A stretch of DNA of 64,000 bases, from NCBI GenBank assembly GCA_036172245.1, contig JAYWIR010000029.1, positions 620,001 through 684,000 on the forward strand, written 5' to 3'. The stretch is from Raillietiella orientalis. Its lineage: Eukaryota. Below are positions 39,701 to 53,100 of the stretch, piece after piece. The notes under the pieces are model-generated. The model ran no database searches and was not told where the DNA came from. It was given only the letters and a program-made list of their open reading frames with translations. Made by a program: the position numbers and the translations under genes. The stretch's first letter is position 1. The number at the start of each line of letters is the position of its first letter.

Positions 39701-42700
39701 AACCGTTGTCTTCCAGGGAGGAGGGCTCTCAGAGAGAAAGCCTTCCACTGACGCTCGCGGGAAGTCCGTCGGTCTTCATGCCGCGGACCATCTCCGTGCA
39801 ATGAGAGAGAAGACTACTCCGGACTCCTGCACCGCAGGGTGCCCTCCCGCCGTCGCCGCCGCTTTCGGCTCAGCCGGCGCTGTCCGGGGAGGAAAAGGAA
39901 GAGCTCGCGCGCCTCCGGCTGCCGCCACGATTGCAGCTGTGGGTCCGAGGGGGTGAGGGCGCGAACATGGTCTCCCTGGAGACCGCCTATGGCTCAGGTC
40001 CGAAGCGGATTAGAGGCGGATTGCCACCGGTCCCGATCGCGGTCGTCAGTGCTCTCTCGGACTGAACATCTTCCAGAGGATTTGCGGCCCGGCGCCGGAC
40101 TGCCTTTCTTCCTGCTGCTGCTGCTCACATCAATCACTCTGGAACCCTCTTCCCGCCCTCTCCCGCACTCTCCTTTCAGCCCGCCATCCGGGTAGCTTTG
40201 GTCCCTTTCTTCGCGATGAAGATGCCCAAGAGGATCGCGCATCCGGACTCGCTGCCGGGTTTTTACCTTTTCTTTCGGCCGCTGACTTTGGAACGGAAAT
40301 GGCGAATTCCCGTTCGCCTCCTCCCTTCCCGTTCCCTCGTTTCGCAGCGGCGGGACAAACCCGGTCTGGCCGAGGAGTAACCAAGAGACGGGTATTCCTC
40401 TCGTGCGCAGAAGATTTCTTCCGCAGATGAGGCGGATGGTTTGTGGCGTCGCCCTCCGGGAGGAGCCCCGTGATCCTGGCGGGAGGATGGAGAGGGAATT
40501 CTTCCCTCCCCGTCCGGCTGGCGCAGCCCTGTGTGGGTGCACCGCCGCGCGCGGCGAGTGACGCCAACCCTCTTCCCGGCTCGCGTGACGGCGGGGCCCC
40601 CTCGCCAGAGAGCGGAGGGGATCGACCTAAACATGGCCCAGTTGGGCGGCCACTCGTCGGCTCTTCCGTCCCCACCTACCAGGAGCATCTCTGCAGCTTC
40701 TTCGAAGGATCGGAACACCCGGACGGGCGCGCTTCGTCCCCAGGACAGGGGAGGACGATCGCCCTTTTCCGCTCGTGGAGAGCGCGGGAACGTTCTTTTG
40801 TTCCGGGATGAGCCTGCCCGCGGTCATCGAGCGAGTGCGAAGCCGTGCCCCCTGGAAACTTCTTCATCCTGCAGGAGACTCGAAGACACTGGTGTGTTCC
40901 AGGAAGGGGTAAAGTGAGAGTTGGGGGGAGAGTGCCCTAATGGGCACCATTCTCCCCCTCTCGCAGGCGGTTTCGAAGCCTCCCTCCCCCTTTTCCGTCC
41001 TCCTGCTCCCGATTCCGGAACCTTGACCCACAGGGGCCGAGGTGGACAAGCGCGCATTTCATCTGCTAAGTAAAGGGGCGCCCATCCCTCCGCTGTCTCT
41101 GCCGTGGTGCATATGGGGGACGGGGGCATTCTCGAACGGACGACGCCGTTCGCCTTCTGGTCCGGCAACGGAGGTAACCTCAAAAGTTGACTCCTCAGGA
41201 TGGTGTGAAGGCCACGAAACAGAAATCCTGAGACGTGCCTGAAGCAGCTGGTCCAACGATCCGAAGATGCTGTAAAGGCAGATTTTCTGTCGACCACGCG
41301 CTCTCACAGAAAGCGTGAGGAGCAACAAAAAAAAAGGGGAAAAAAAGGCCGCTAGACCGTAGTGACATCTGGGGTCTCCCGCCATAAATCGCGAAGGCAC
41401 CTCGGCCGCTCGAACGGAAACCTCCGCGGTGGTAACTTCCGGCTTGTCCTGCGCGAGTGAATTCGTGCTCCGAGCACGAGGTGACCTCATGGGGTGCAGT
41501 CGCGCTCTTTGATGTAGCCGAGCAAGACGGGAACGGGGGTCGGGACTTTCCTCTCTCCCTTGCTCGCGCGGCGTGGAATCCCTCTACCCCCCCGCTCATC
41601 CCGAGCTCCGCGAGGGAGCGCAATCAGATCGCGCGCACGACGCGTCCTTTTCGCTCCCAGCCTGGCGAGTGGTCGCCGCCGCGAGGCACGTCGGGGGATG
41701 TCAGGGCGCTCTCGCTCTTTCGGGCTGCCACGCGCGCGCGCGCGCCTGGGAGTCCTCTCCGGACCTCTGGGACCTGGTGGTGCGCGGTCCGCGTGGGTGG
41801 CAAGGCGCGTCGTGAGAATGCTGTCCCGTCGGTACCACTTCTTTTCATGCCGACGGCGGCGCAGTCGCGGGTCCTCGTTAAGGGTGGCAGACAGAGAGCA
41901 GCTGCGGTTGCTGCTGCACTCGGGAGCAGCGGACGAGCTATTTCTGCGCCATCTTTTCGCCTCTCTCGTCGGTCGCAGCGACGCGCTCAAGCCGTAATCG
42001 TGGGGACTTTCAATCGTTCGCTGCGCAGGGGAGACATCGTGCGGAAGCGAACGGTCGCACAAGGTCGGGTGGGCCGCAAGAATGGCAGGACGGAGCGCAA
42101 GTTGAGCGCGCTGGGATGGGAGGATGGCTCAAAAATTGGCTCAAGATGTTCGCACAATAAGGAGACGAGGCGCAAGATGCGCGAGGCTGCAGACATGAGG
42201 GGTGAAAGCGTCTATTCGTCGAACGCCATCGTTTAGGCCTTTCTGAATTCTTCTGGAGGGGGCATCGGGCCCCAGCATGCTGATGCAAGGAATCCCCTCC
42301 GAGGTGAAAAAGAAGGAAACTCATTCTTCCCGGAAAAGCTACCAGGGATTCCCCCCTGCCCTTCCACTTCTTCTCCTGCTTTTTTTGTCCGCGCAGCACC
42401 GATGGCGGAGGCACCAAAGCTGCATGCGCGCAAGCCTGACGAGTGGACTTTTCCAAATGCTCGAATTCGCGCCGAAGAGGTCAGGCGCGCGCGGCGGTTC
42501 CTATTCTCTGCTTCTTTCGGGTCTTCCTCCCGCGAACGCGCAGATGGCCGGCTTCGCCCGCTCCGCACAGCGGGCTGGTTCCTCGAGGAAGAGGAGAGGC
42601 CTCCCTTCTTCCCTTCTCTATGCGTCCGCTCCCCTGCGTGCGCTGGAGTGGCGGTGATTCCAAATAGGGCATCAGCACCGTGTCCGCGGATGACCGATCT

Positions 42701-45419
42701 CAGATGGGGCGCCCTGATCCTAGATTGGAGCCGCGGGAAAACCGCCCACGGCCCGACTGAACCCCAGCGGAAGAGGCGCCCGCAGAAAAGTGAGCACTTA
42801 GACAGCCACTTGTGCTTTCCCCGTGACGTGTAACACGGAGCTCGCGCATCTCCCGAACTCGTTCACCGCGGAAGGCTGAAAGCCTTCGTTGCACTCAGCG
42901 CGCACCTCAGAACCCGACAGCGGAAGACCCGACGAAAACAAATAGCGGCTGTCTTCACGATGGGCCGCGTTTTCTGGAGCTGCTGCACGCGGATCGGAAA
43001 CTGCCACCCGGAGCGACTGGGAGAATGCTACGTAGTAGTATTAATAGGTTGAGTGCCGGCGCGGGGGCTGCGCGGAGACGGCCCGCTTGCTTCGCAGCGC
43101 CCCTCTCGAGCGAAAGACGCCCAATCGCAGCTTCCAGCTATGCACCCGTCGTTGTGGGCTGCGCGGAATCCGTTGAAGCTTTCGGATTCTCGAGCGCTCT
43201 CCCGTCTCCGTCTCGTGCAAAACGAACCAACAGGACCACCGAAAGCAAGGTGACCAGCGAGGCTGCCGCTTGCTGGTCAGCGTTCCGTTTTGTTCTTCTT
43301 TTCGCCTTCTCGAGCCTGAAAAGTCCATCATTCCCTCCTTGCTCCTGCGAACGATTCCTGCTCGAGCGTGCGAGGGAGAAAAATCTACACAATCGCAACC
43401 TGGAATGAGGAATCATGGGAAAACCACGTTTCCGTCTTGATGCGTATTTTCGGAGCAGGATACTTCCTCTCCCCCTCCTTTGTGGCGATCTCCATTGCCT
43501 GACTACAACCAATCTATTCATCGTTGCTCGCGTTTCCACTGATAGGTTATAAACACAGTGATGAATTGCGAGTGCGTGGTGGACGACCACAACGCAACGC
43601 AGCCCCCATGTGCCGCGACCGCTTTGTTCCAGCGCATTATCTTGTATGAGGAAAATGGAGACCGGGATCGACCAACCAATCAGCATTAGCAGATGGAGCT
43701 GTCATTGCGCTATTCAAAAGCTGGCAACTCATTCATAAAATTACCAGAAGCAAATGGGAACTGTGAATTCCTGATTCTTCAAGGTAGCAACTGCCGTGCA
43801 GCGCCGAATCTTCAGAGAGACGCTTTCCTCGCCGATGGACCGCAACCTCATAAGCATTCAAGAGGGCGTAGGCATCGTGCACTCGACCATTGGAGACTTT
43901 ATGGCATGTGGAGGTTGAGGACATCGTCATCCACCTTGAATAATTGCTGATCAGCATCTATTCAAAGAACGGCGCTACCTTTTTCCTGTGCGGGGAGCAA
44001 GATTGCACCGAGATCATCCGTCCGGCTCTTCCCGAATTCTCTCAAGCGACGAGGTTGTTACCGCTGTGGACGAACTGCGAATCTTTTGACCAACTGTACC
44101 TCATTGATTATTCATCCACGTGCCTTCTGAGTCAAGCCTGCATGAATGCCTCGTAAATTCCATCCTTGAAGACTTGCTCGGTCCAGTGCTCAGAATTTCA
44201 AAACGAAAAACTCAATTCACTTCAAAATCTCATCCCCGAGATCATTCAAGGTTTCATTTTTGTGGAGAAGGGAATCCCCCCTCGCAAAATGTCTTAGGGA
44301 TTTCACCGGAATTTCTCCCTCTTCCCCCCGTGGCCTACCACCTGCCCCACCTTAAAAAAAAAAAAAAAAAAAAAAGAAGGAAAAAAGCCAAAATCTATAC
44401 TCATCAGCTTTTTTTTTTCTTTTTTCTTAATATGATCGTCTCCATAGCATTCCTCATCTCAACTGCAATCGTTTGCTACTTTTTTGGTTCCTGCTCTGGT
44501 TCTTCCTATGAAAAGCATTTATTTGTACATTTGGAGAGTGTTCGTGCTCGGAGATGTGTCTAAAAATAGCCTGCACATACTTTGGCTCCTGTGTACATAA
44601 GTAGATGAATATTTTTAGACTTTGCGAAACTTGTTGGGAGTCTGCGCTCGATCCGATTCTTCTGAAAAGAGTCTCGAAAAAATAAAGTGATCCTTCTTCT
44701 TCTTCGAAACACAACGAGCATCTTTGTGCCTATGGTATGCTCAGTTCGTTTCGGAGATGCGTTTGCCTAAAGAGAAGAGTTCGGTTTTCAGTGGGGTTTT
44801 TTTTTTTTTTTTTTTTTCCTTCTTTGCGGTAAAAGTTGGTTCTCCTTTGATTTACATCTCGCGTGTAAATTTGTCACGCACCGCGCCGCGTTTCCTCTTT
44901 CAGTTCGCGGCACACTACCGAGAGCGCGCGCACAGCCAGAGATGCGAGTGTTGCACTCATCACAAGACAGAGGGGCCGAGAATGCTTTCCCGTGCATCCA
45001 TGCAGGCCGTGATGGCTCCTCGTGCCGGGATGAACAGTCACTTAGGTCCGCCACTTAGGTGTGTTAAAAGGGAACGCGAGATTTTTAGGACCGAGGCACC
45101 GGAGACGAGGCACACTTCATCTTGAATAAGCGTTCGTCGCTGTTATCTTCTTGCTGTTATCAGTGCGTTCGTCTCAAACACACACGCAGGACATCACACA
45201 CGTGAGGATCCCTGGGGTGGAGTCGATTTCTTTCATCCGAGTGATTATTCTCGCAAGATCTTTTTTTCCTTCCTCCCTCCCTCCCCATCCCCTAAATGAA
45301 AATAAGCGATGTCACCGATCTGATCAGCATCGTTCGTGTTTTACACCGCATATCCCTTCAAGGACCGATGAAAAATTTTCGCTTTCTTTGCCCATGACGT
45401 CATTAGGCGAGTGGAGATT

Positions 45420-45950
45420 TTGTAACTTTGTTCATCTCAAATTTATTAATCGCGTCGATGGCTCCTCTGAAAGAGATCCTTGCTGCTGTCTCCCCGTGCA
45501 AGTTTCGAGACAATGCTTAAATGGCAAGACAATCGCCATCAATCTTCAGAAGAAGAAGGGTGTGTTCCTTCCCGCTTGAAAGTGTCCAAGTCTTCCCGAA
45601 GGTATTTAAGGAAAGAAAACAAGGATTCCAAGCAAATTTCCGATGCGGAGAAAAAGGAAAGCAGCTGGAAACTGGATCTTGCCGTCAGCGCGCACGTTGA
45701 CAGGGATATCGCGAACCGTGTACTGACTCGAGAGCTTGAAAAATGGAGCTTCCCGGATGCTGAGCATATTTTGGAGATGCATTGTTTACAAACAACGATA
45801 TTTCACGAAGAGAACCGCTCCTCGGACCTTTTCATAGAAGTTTTCCACATTAAACAAAGATCGCTTCTCCGCTCTTTAGCTAAGATGGGAAAGCGTACAA
45901 ACAAACAGATTCTGCGAGTTGGGAGATTCCGCTTCTTCCACGGAAAAGAT
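45420..45950 (+). mobile_element. LINE RT-derived segment underlying the long ORF 45480-46319
   Basis: VHLKFINRVDG (other frame), then EEGCVPSRLKVSKSSRRYLRKENKD, SW..AVSAHVDRDIANRVLTRELEK and QTTIFHEENRS. Parallels GPDG, G..P..LKVSKI..I.K..KD, WRPI.LLNVDYKI..VL..RL.K and QTGF...RS. Confidence 0.45.
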
Positions 45951-47044
45951 TCGAGGGAGTCACGGTATCAAGAAGAGGGAAAGGAGCGCGAAGGGTGTTC
46001 GAGATGCAATCCCCGTTTCACTTGGGTTTCCAACAGACAGCCTCCCAGCCTCGTGCCATTGGAGCTGAAAATTTCAGACTTCCGCATGGAAAAGTGCCCA
46101 ACTTTATTCTCAGACGTCCGAGCGCCGCTGAATCGCGGACGCGGCTGCTTCATTTTGCTCCATTCCCGCCGCATCATCCCGAAGGATTGTTGTCGAAAAT
46201 CGGTGGGCGAGAAGATGCTGGAAAGACCGTTCGCGCTTCCTTTTTCTCCTCCTTTCCATTTGCGCATTCGGAAACTTTCGGAAAACTCAGCCGAGGTCGT
46301 GCCGAGCGGTTTTCTGTGACCAATGTGTGCGCGCAGGTCAAGCCTCTGCCGGTCCATGGAAGATGAGCTCGCGCGATGCTCGTAGGGCGTTCCATCTTTT
46401 CCCGACACGGACGCACTTTCCACGGTGAAATTCGGTGCGTCTCAGGAGAACGCTGAGCACGAGATCTCAGACACTCTATTTTTTTTCTTTTTTCCCTTCT
46501 AGGAATTCCGTGTTCCCTGCTGGACGTGTGGCGGTGATGCCTTTTCGGATCCGAAGTAATCGACTGCCCGTTATTGGTTTCCTGTTCGAGTGCGACTGCA
46601 AGAGAAAATAACTCTATCCATAAATCCACTGCATCTCAGAAGATAATTTCGTCGCCGAGATTAAAATTCAATTTCATGGAGGTGATTATTTATCAAATTG
46701 ATTTCGTTAAAATTACTTTTATCTCGTCACGAAATGTACTTTCAATTTGCAACTTTGGTTCTACCAGGAAAGGATGTTCATTAGAAGTGATGGATGGAAT
46801 GTTTTCAAGCTGGGAAATGGCTGTTTCAAGTTAATGTAATTAATGGTAATTCATCTTCAAGGGCGAGTCATTCTTCATGCAATCTCGGAATTGTTCCGTT
46901 ACTCCCCGATTCGAAATTTCAAACTTTCGGCCTAATTTTTGCCTTCTATTGAGACACGCCGAGAGCATCCCGGTCGGATGGTTCTCGCGGGCTGCCGCCT
47001 CCGGGTTCAAAACAAAACGTTCGTAAAGTTCCACGGGGTGTTCT

Positions 47045-47046
<2 letters not shown>

Positions 47047-47074
<28 letters not shown>
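47047..47074. repeat. (CA)n microsatellite
   Basis: About 13 CA units, direct reading. Confidence 0.9.
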
Positions 47075-47075
<1 letters not shown>

Positions 47076-49804
47076 CACACGGAGAGAGCTGGGGATAAAT
47101 CGTGATCCCGGTTCCTTGAATGGGAGGGCAAACAACAGCAAAAGGCCGCATAATTAAATGCAACAGTTGTTATGTTCGAATGATCGTAACCTTTACAAAA
47201 CCAAAACCAAACAGATTATTTGTCTACGTGTGAGCCCCGGGATCGCGATAGCAGTTGGAAATAATCAGCCTCTGTATTTATCCCTCTTTTTTAGACAAGT
47301 AATAAAAGTCTATCAGCGTGAAGAATGGATGCTGATAAAAGGGGGAAGAGAAAGATGAATCCAAAGGAAATGTGTTGAAGCGGCTCTGCAAGCATGAGGC
47401 GGGGGGGAGGGGAAGGGAAGGAGGAAAGGAAGAAGAAGAAAAAAAAAAAAAAAAACAAGGAAGGCCAATTCCAGGCTGGATATCGAGCCTTCTCATGGTG
47501 CGAGATTTGCCAGGCGGAAAATGGCCTGAAGTATTTCATTAAATTAAGTACAATGGAACATTAATTTTCCGGGAATCAAACGTCAGGAGCTGTCGAAAGC
47601 CTGGACGAGGAAAAACTCCCGTATTCAACAGCACATTTCAATTTTCGATGGCGCCACGCCAGTTTGATTAAACCCGGGGAGATAAGGGTTCCCCGTTAAA
47701 GGATAACTTGTCACTTCCCTCGCCTTTGTTTATTGCTCGTGCATAAATAGGAACCGGGGTCGTTTCCATCACGCCGTCCCCCCTCGAAAGCGCTCCATCG
47801 GGGGATCCATTTAATCTCCAGCCGAATGGTTCGCGTGTTCGGCATTCCTGAGATATGTCGGATCGGCGAGAGATCCCTGTTAATTAAAGTCAGGGATGCC
47901 GTGGAACAGCGCGCTGCTGCACTTTCTCCGCTTCCGTCGCTTCGGCCCGCGCTTTTCTTTTCGTGTTTGTGTTTTGTGTGTGTGTGTGTTTTGTTCTCGC
48001 GTGCGTGCGTGCGCGCGTTTTGATTTTCCTTTTCGATTTTTTCCTTCCTTTTCGCCTCTTCCCCCCTTTCGGTTCCTCCTTCCGCTTCCCCGTCGCGAAT
48101 TCTTTGGAATTCGGGCGCCTCTCATTTAGCAGCCCGCGCCAGAGCTTCCCGGTTCCCCTCCCTCTCCCAATCTTTCTCGTCGCAGTAGACCGGGAACCCG
48201 AGCACCGGCTTAATGTGTGTCCGGGATCACGTGCGAGGGGAATCTGAAACTCTGGAGATAAACCCGGCGGTCTTCGCGGGACTCGCCGTCGCTGCGCGGG
48301 ATACGATAACAGAGTTATCAGGGGGGGACTCGTGGCGCTCGGTCGGCTCAGGGAGAGGCCGCGCGGGAGGTGGCGTGGCGCCCGCAGCTCAGCTCTCCGG
48401 CCGGGGTGCCTTCTCGTACTGGCGGCCGGAGGGGAGCCGCGCGCCGACTCGCTTGCGCGTCGCACGCACGCGCGCGTGACCGGCAGGGGGGGCGTTTCCC
48501 GGGCAGCTCTCTCGCGCGACGCCGCGTCGGCCCACGGCAGGGGGATAGCGCAGGCGGGGCGAAGGATGAAGCAGCGGGAATGTGACGGGGAGATCTTCCT
48601 CCTCCTCCTTCCCCGAGGAGGAGGAGGAGGAGGAGGAAGAGAACCCTGAGGGTGCTGGACTGACCGCCTCTGGAGCTCTTTGTGGCCACCACCCTCGGGC
48701 ATCTGAGAATGGCCGCTTCTTGAAGAGACGCGCCGAGGAGACGCCAACCCGCCGGCCAGCAGCAGCAGCCGGACCGAAGGAGGCGGCCCCGTAGCGCGCG
48801 CGCTCTCCGGAGGACAGAAGACTCAGAGGGCCCCACGTCTTCTGACCGGGAAAGGGAAGGGGAGCGCACCTCGACGGGATGGCCGCAAATCGGGACGAGG
48901 AGATTCCGAAGGAGCGTCTCGTGAGTATGGGATCCGGGACTTCTTCTTTCTCTCCGGTCCCACGCCCCTCCTCTCCCCAGGGAGGTTTCGCCTCTGCACG
49001 GAAGAAGGCGCGACGAGGGAGAGGACAACGACGATGGCGAAGGGAGGGCAAAGGGTGCGGAGGACAAGGGCCATCTCTTCGTGGGTTGCACCGAGTGCTC
49101 CTCAGAATCGGGATGAGTGCAGTCGGGAGAGGGACAGAGATGCCTCCGACACCGCGAAGCGAGGAGGAGGAAGGACGTTTCCCTGACAACCATCCTCCCT
49201 TCCCTCCGCGGGAGGTCGGGAGGCAGTCCCTCCTCGACTTCCCGCAGGCATGTGCGTCCGGAGCGATGGGGAGGGCAGTCACCAGTTTGGTCCCTCCTCT
49301 CCCGCCGTAATCCTGGAGCTGCAGAGCAGGCCTCCTCTCGGGGCACCAGCTGGGCACCCCAAAAGGCCTGCTATCCCTCCTCATTCCTCATTCCTCGTTC
49401 CCCGTCCCTCACTACTATGCGGCCGCGAACCCAAGAAGGATGCTTCCCCCTTTCCACTCTTCCCTAGGCCTCGGAGCGCTTCACTGGGGCCGCGAATCGT
49501 TCGGTGTTCCACGAGAGATCGGCTCGTCACACAGGATTGACCGGGCTCTTCCGAATGGGCAGCGACACTGAGCAGCTGCCTTGGAAACCGGAGGAGGACT
49601 TTACAAATTAACGGCCCTTCTTTCTTCTTGGGGGACGTCCGGGACGGGGAGGTAGGGGGAGACCCGAGGGAGTCGGGCGGGAAGCAGACGGATCCCAGAC
49701 TAACGCAGGGATGTGGGAGAGGCGAGAAGGAGCAAGGGAAGAGGTGGATGATGATGACGAGGAGGAGGAGGAGCAAAGAAGAGGAAGGGAGAAGAAAGGG
49801 AAGG

Positions 49805-50120
49805 AAGAGGAGGAACGTCTCGCTCCTCTCGCGAGCCAACCAACCCTTTGAGGAATTTCCCGATCCCCTCATTCGGGAGAGGAAGGTGGAAGGGGAAGAA
49901 GGGATGGGCGAACCCGGTGTCCTTTGACGGAGAGCTGCGGTCGCTGCTGCAGCAGTGCACGGAGGCCCCACCCCCGGGGGCTGGATACCTCCTCGGGGGA
50001 AGCTTCAGGAGACGTCCCATAGGAACCGTCACTTCCCTGATCCTACGAGAGTTTCATGCCTACGGGCAGTGAGGTATCTTCCCTCAGCTGGAGGGTTCGG
50101 GAGTTGCTGCGCCCCGAAGA
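49805..50120 (+). mobile_element. Decayed CR1/L2-like LINE RT fragment
   Basis: RRNVSLLSRANQPFEE...IRER, then (frameshift) SFRRRPIGTVTSLILREFHAYGQ*GIFPQL. Resembles RPISLLS...K.FE and DF.KAFDTVPH.LLL.KLHAYGIRG. Confidence 0.45.
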
Positions 50121-53100
50121 GGGATGTTGGCCACGCCCTCCTACCCCCTCTTTCCCGGCGGCAGCGGCGACGCAGCGTCTCCTGGACGACTCGCCTCCCC
50201 TCCCGTATTCCCTCCTCCGAGCACCAGGAAAGAGCCCTCCAGAGCCCCTTCCGGCAGTGCTATGTCCCTGGAAGGAAGGAAAGACAGCTCGGAAAGCGCT
50301 TAGCCCAGAGAAGGAAGAAGGAGGCTGAGGGGTCTTCCTTCCCCAGCGGCAACACCTCTGTCTCTCCCCGAGGACGTCTACAGGAGGTTTCCATCATCAC
50401 CCCTGCCTCCCCTCTCCTCTCTCGAATTCCTCCGCGCGCGGGGCGACACCGAGCGAGCCACTCCTCAAGGACGATGTGTCGTTTTCGCGCCCATCTCCAG
50501 AGGGAAAGTGCGGCGGTGGCCCGGGTCTGAGCACTCGGGAAGCGGCGGTTCTCTCCCGAAATTTACGGCCCTCCGCGCGGTTTTATGGTTGCCGCGGTCA
50601 GAGGATTCCGCTAATTTGGCAGCCTGCGGTCCATCATCCTCACCTTGCGCGCAGCACCCGGGACGCGGGTCCCGCCGGCGACGCAGCTGCCGCTGGGCGC
50701 GGCCGCCGCAGCAGCTGGCGCCGCTTTCGCGGGCAGCCCTGCGTGCTCAGGGAAAGCGTGAAGAAAAAAGGGAGCGCAGCACAGCAACGGCTGACTACTC
50801 GAGCGACGACGACCCTTCCCATTCGACCGACAGTCCCTGTTCCTTCCTCCCTTCCTCCTCCTTCTCCGCTTGTCGGCGTGGATCATGCAAAGGTTCGTCC
50901 GGGCTCCTCTGTTCCTCCCCGGGGCTGGAAGAGCGCAAAGCAGCGGCGGGTGCGGTGGGGCACTCGGACGGATCTCCGGGAAAGCTCCTGGCCTCCTGCG
51001 AGGGGCGCCGCCTCTCCCCCACGCGTGCACAAAAGGGAGCCAGGGAGAAAGGGGGGGAAAGGAGAGAGGGCGATCAAAATAACACGACGAAAAAGGAAGA
51101 CCGGGGGAGAAGAAGGAGGAAGGAGGAAGAAAAAAGGGGGAGGAAGGACGCTGTTTCGTTAGTGCTGCACGCCCTCAGGCAAGGTTCCATTTCCCTGTAG
51201 CGAGCGGGCAGAGCGTCCCGCAGGTCATTCGTGGCGGAGCGCGGCGCGTTCCTCGAGCCAATCAGATGACGGCATCGATCGTGCGAGCGAACGCCGGGTG
51301 CAAAAGCGGCGAGTTCGCGGGAGGGAAGCGAGCTGGCGGCCGCCGCCCGCTTGACCTGCGCCGGCGAGAACGTCCTTGAGCATCCACCCGACCCCCAGCA
51401 GCGCTGTCCTGCAGCGGCGCTCTTACACGGATCGCCGCCGGCAGGCGCGTCGACTCGATGAGGACGGGCAGGGCGCAGCGGCTGCTCCGGACCGGCCGGC
51501 GCAGTCGGGAGAGATGGAGGAGCCGCGGGAGGGACTGGCGGCTCTCGGTTGCCCCCCTCCTTCCCAACGAGAGTGCACGCTTCTCGTCCAGGAATGGCAG
51601 CTGGTGCTGCCATGGTTGGGGGTTCCTGCAGGGGAGGGGCATGAGTGCCAGGACTGGCGAATTCCGGGAAAGGCTGCGCGTGGGTGAGGAAAGGGTGTGC
51701 AGGAAGAAGGAGGCTGGAATGGAGGGAGAGAGAGCAACCTCCCATCCCGGGGAGGGAGCTCGCATGGGTCCTCCCGCCCAGCAGCAGGATTGCCCTCCTG
51801 CGCCTCCGCCGAACGGGGAGCTGCGAACGGACCAGCGTGGCGAGTCGCCCTGCCACCGCCGTCGAGAAGTGCGCGCTCCTGTTCCCGCTTCTGAGTACCG
51901 GGAGCCTTCCTTCCTCGCGCACCTACCTTTGCTCTCTGACTCCATCCAGGGGGTCGCACGAAGAGTGGAGCCCCCCCCCTTCGCAGAAGGGAAAGTGGTG
52001 GATGCACCTCCCTCCCAGAGCCCGTGTGCAGGACCTCCCCGCGCCCCCATAGGGAGCCATCGCCCTCTCTCACCGAGACAAGCCGAAAACCTCGTCACTC
52101 TTTCCTCCTTCCAGACTGGGCGGACCTGCGTTCCCGTGCACGTGGGTGGAGGGAGGAAACGCGCCCAGATCGCTCCTGGAGCATCTTTAGGGAAAGGTCG
52201 GCTGGCGTCTTGCAGAACCGACAGGACCGGGAATGCTCCCTGGAGGCCGACCAACCTGCTCTCTGCATCGAACGGTTCTACCGCCGCGCGGGAGGGATGG
52301 GGGAACGGGTAGTTGCCACGGGATTCTCACCGCTCCACTTCTTCCTTCCGGCCCCTCGAGGGGCCGGCGCATCTACTGGGAACTCGCGGATGAGCTGCTG
52401 GAAAGGAGACACAAGGGACGCCGGAGGGCGTCTCCTCCTCAGTTCCAAGAGAGAAGCCGGGATTGATGGGATCCCTTCTCTCTCTTCCTTCTTTCCCCCC
52501 CCCAGGATAGTCGGACCCACTCCTGTTTCCAAAGAAGGAAGAGGGGGAAGGGGGGCCAGTCTCCGTGCGAGGACCCTTCTCCTGGAGGCGGGCAAGCAGG
52601 ATTTCCAAGGGGAACCTCAGGAATGAGGCAAGAACACGAGAGGAGAGGAAGAGGGATGGGCTGGAGGGAGCTGCGCCTTTCCCTTTCTCTTCCCCTACGA
52701 TTTCCCTGTCCCTCTTTCCACAGGCGGCCGCAAGTCGCGCGGCCGTCGCCACGAGGGGAAAACCACCGCCGCCACCACCCTGGGAACGGTTGCCAAGGAC
52801 GCCTGCTGTCCATCACGTCGCTTTGCTCCCACCTTCTATGCACGTGTCCCTGTCCCGTGCGACGCGCGCGCGCAGGGCCTCGCGCGCTTCATCCCGGCTT
52901 TCCCCGCCAGGTCATCCGCACCCGCGCGCTCAGCGACTGGCGTTCCCGGTGGGTGACGTCATGAGGCCGAGAGGCGGTGGCCCTAGGCGCGCGACGAGGC
53001 GGAAATCTCGAAGGGCTCCCTCTGCTCACGCAGGGTGCGCGAGGCGGAAGACCCCTCAGGAACTCTCTCCTTTCCGGGAGAGCGCCCGAGGAAGCTTCGC

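Noticed and set aside
39041..40085. Peptide similarity LSRTEQLPENV versus LSRTEHLPEDL suggesting a coding duplication
   Set aside because: Only 11 codons, flanks do not align, and a match of this size is plausible by chance given how it was found.
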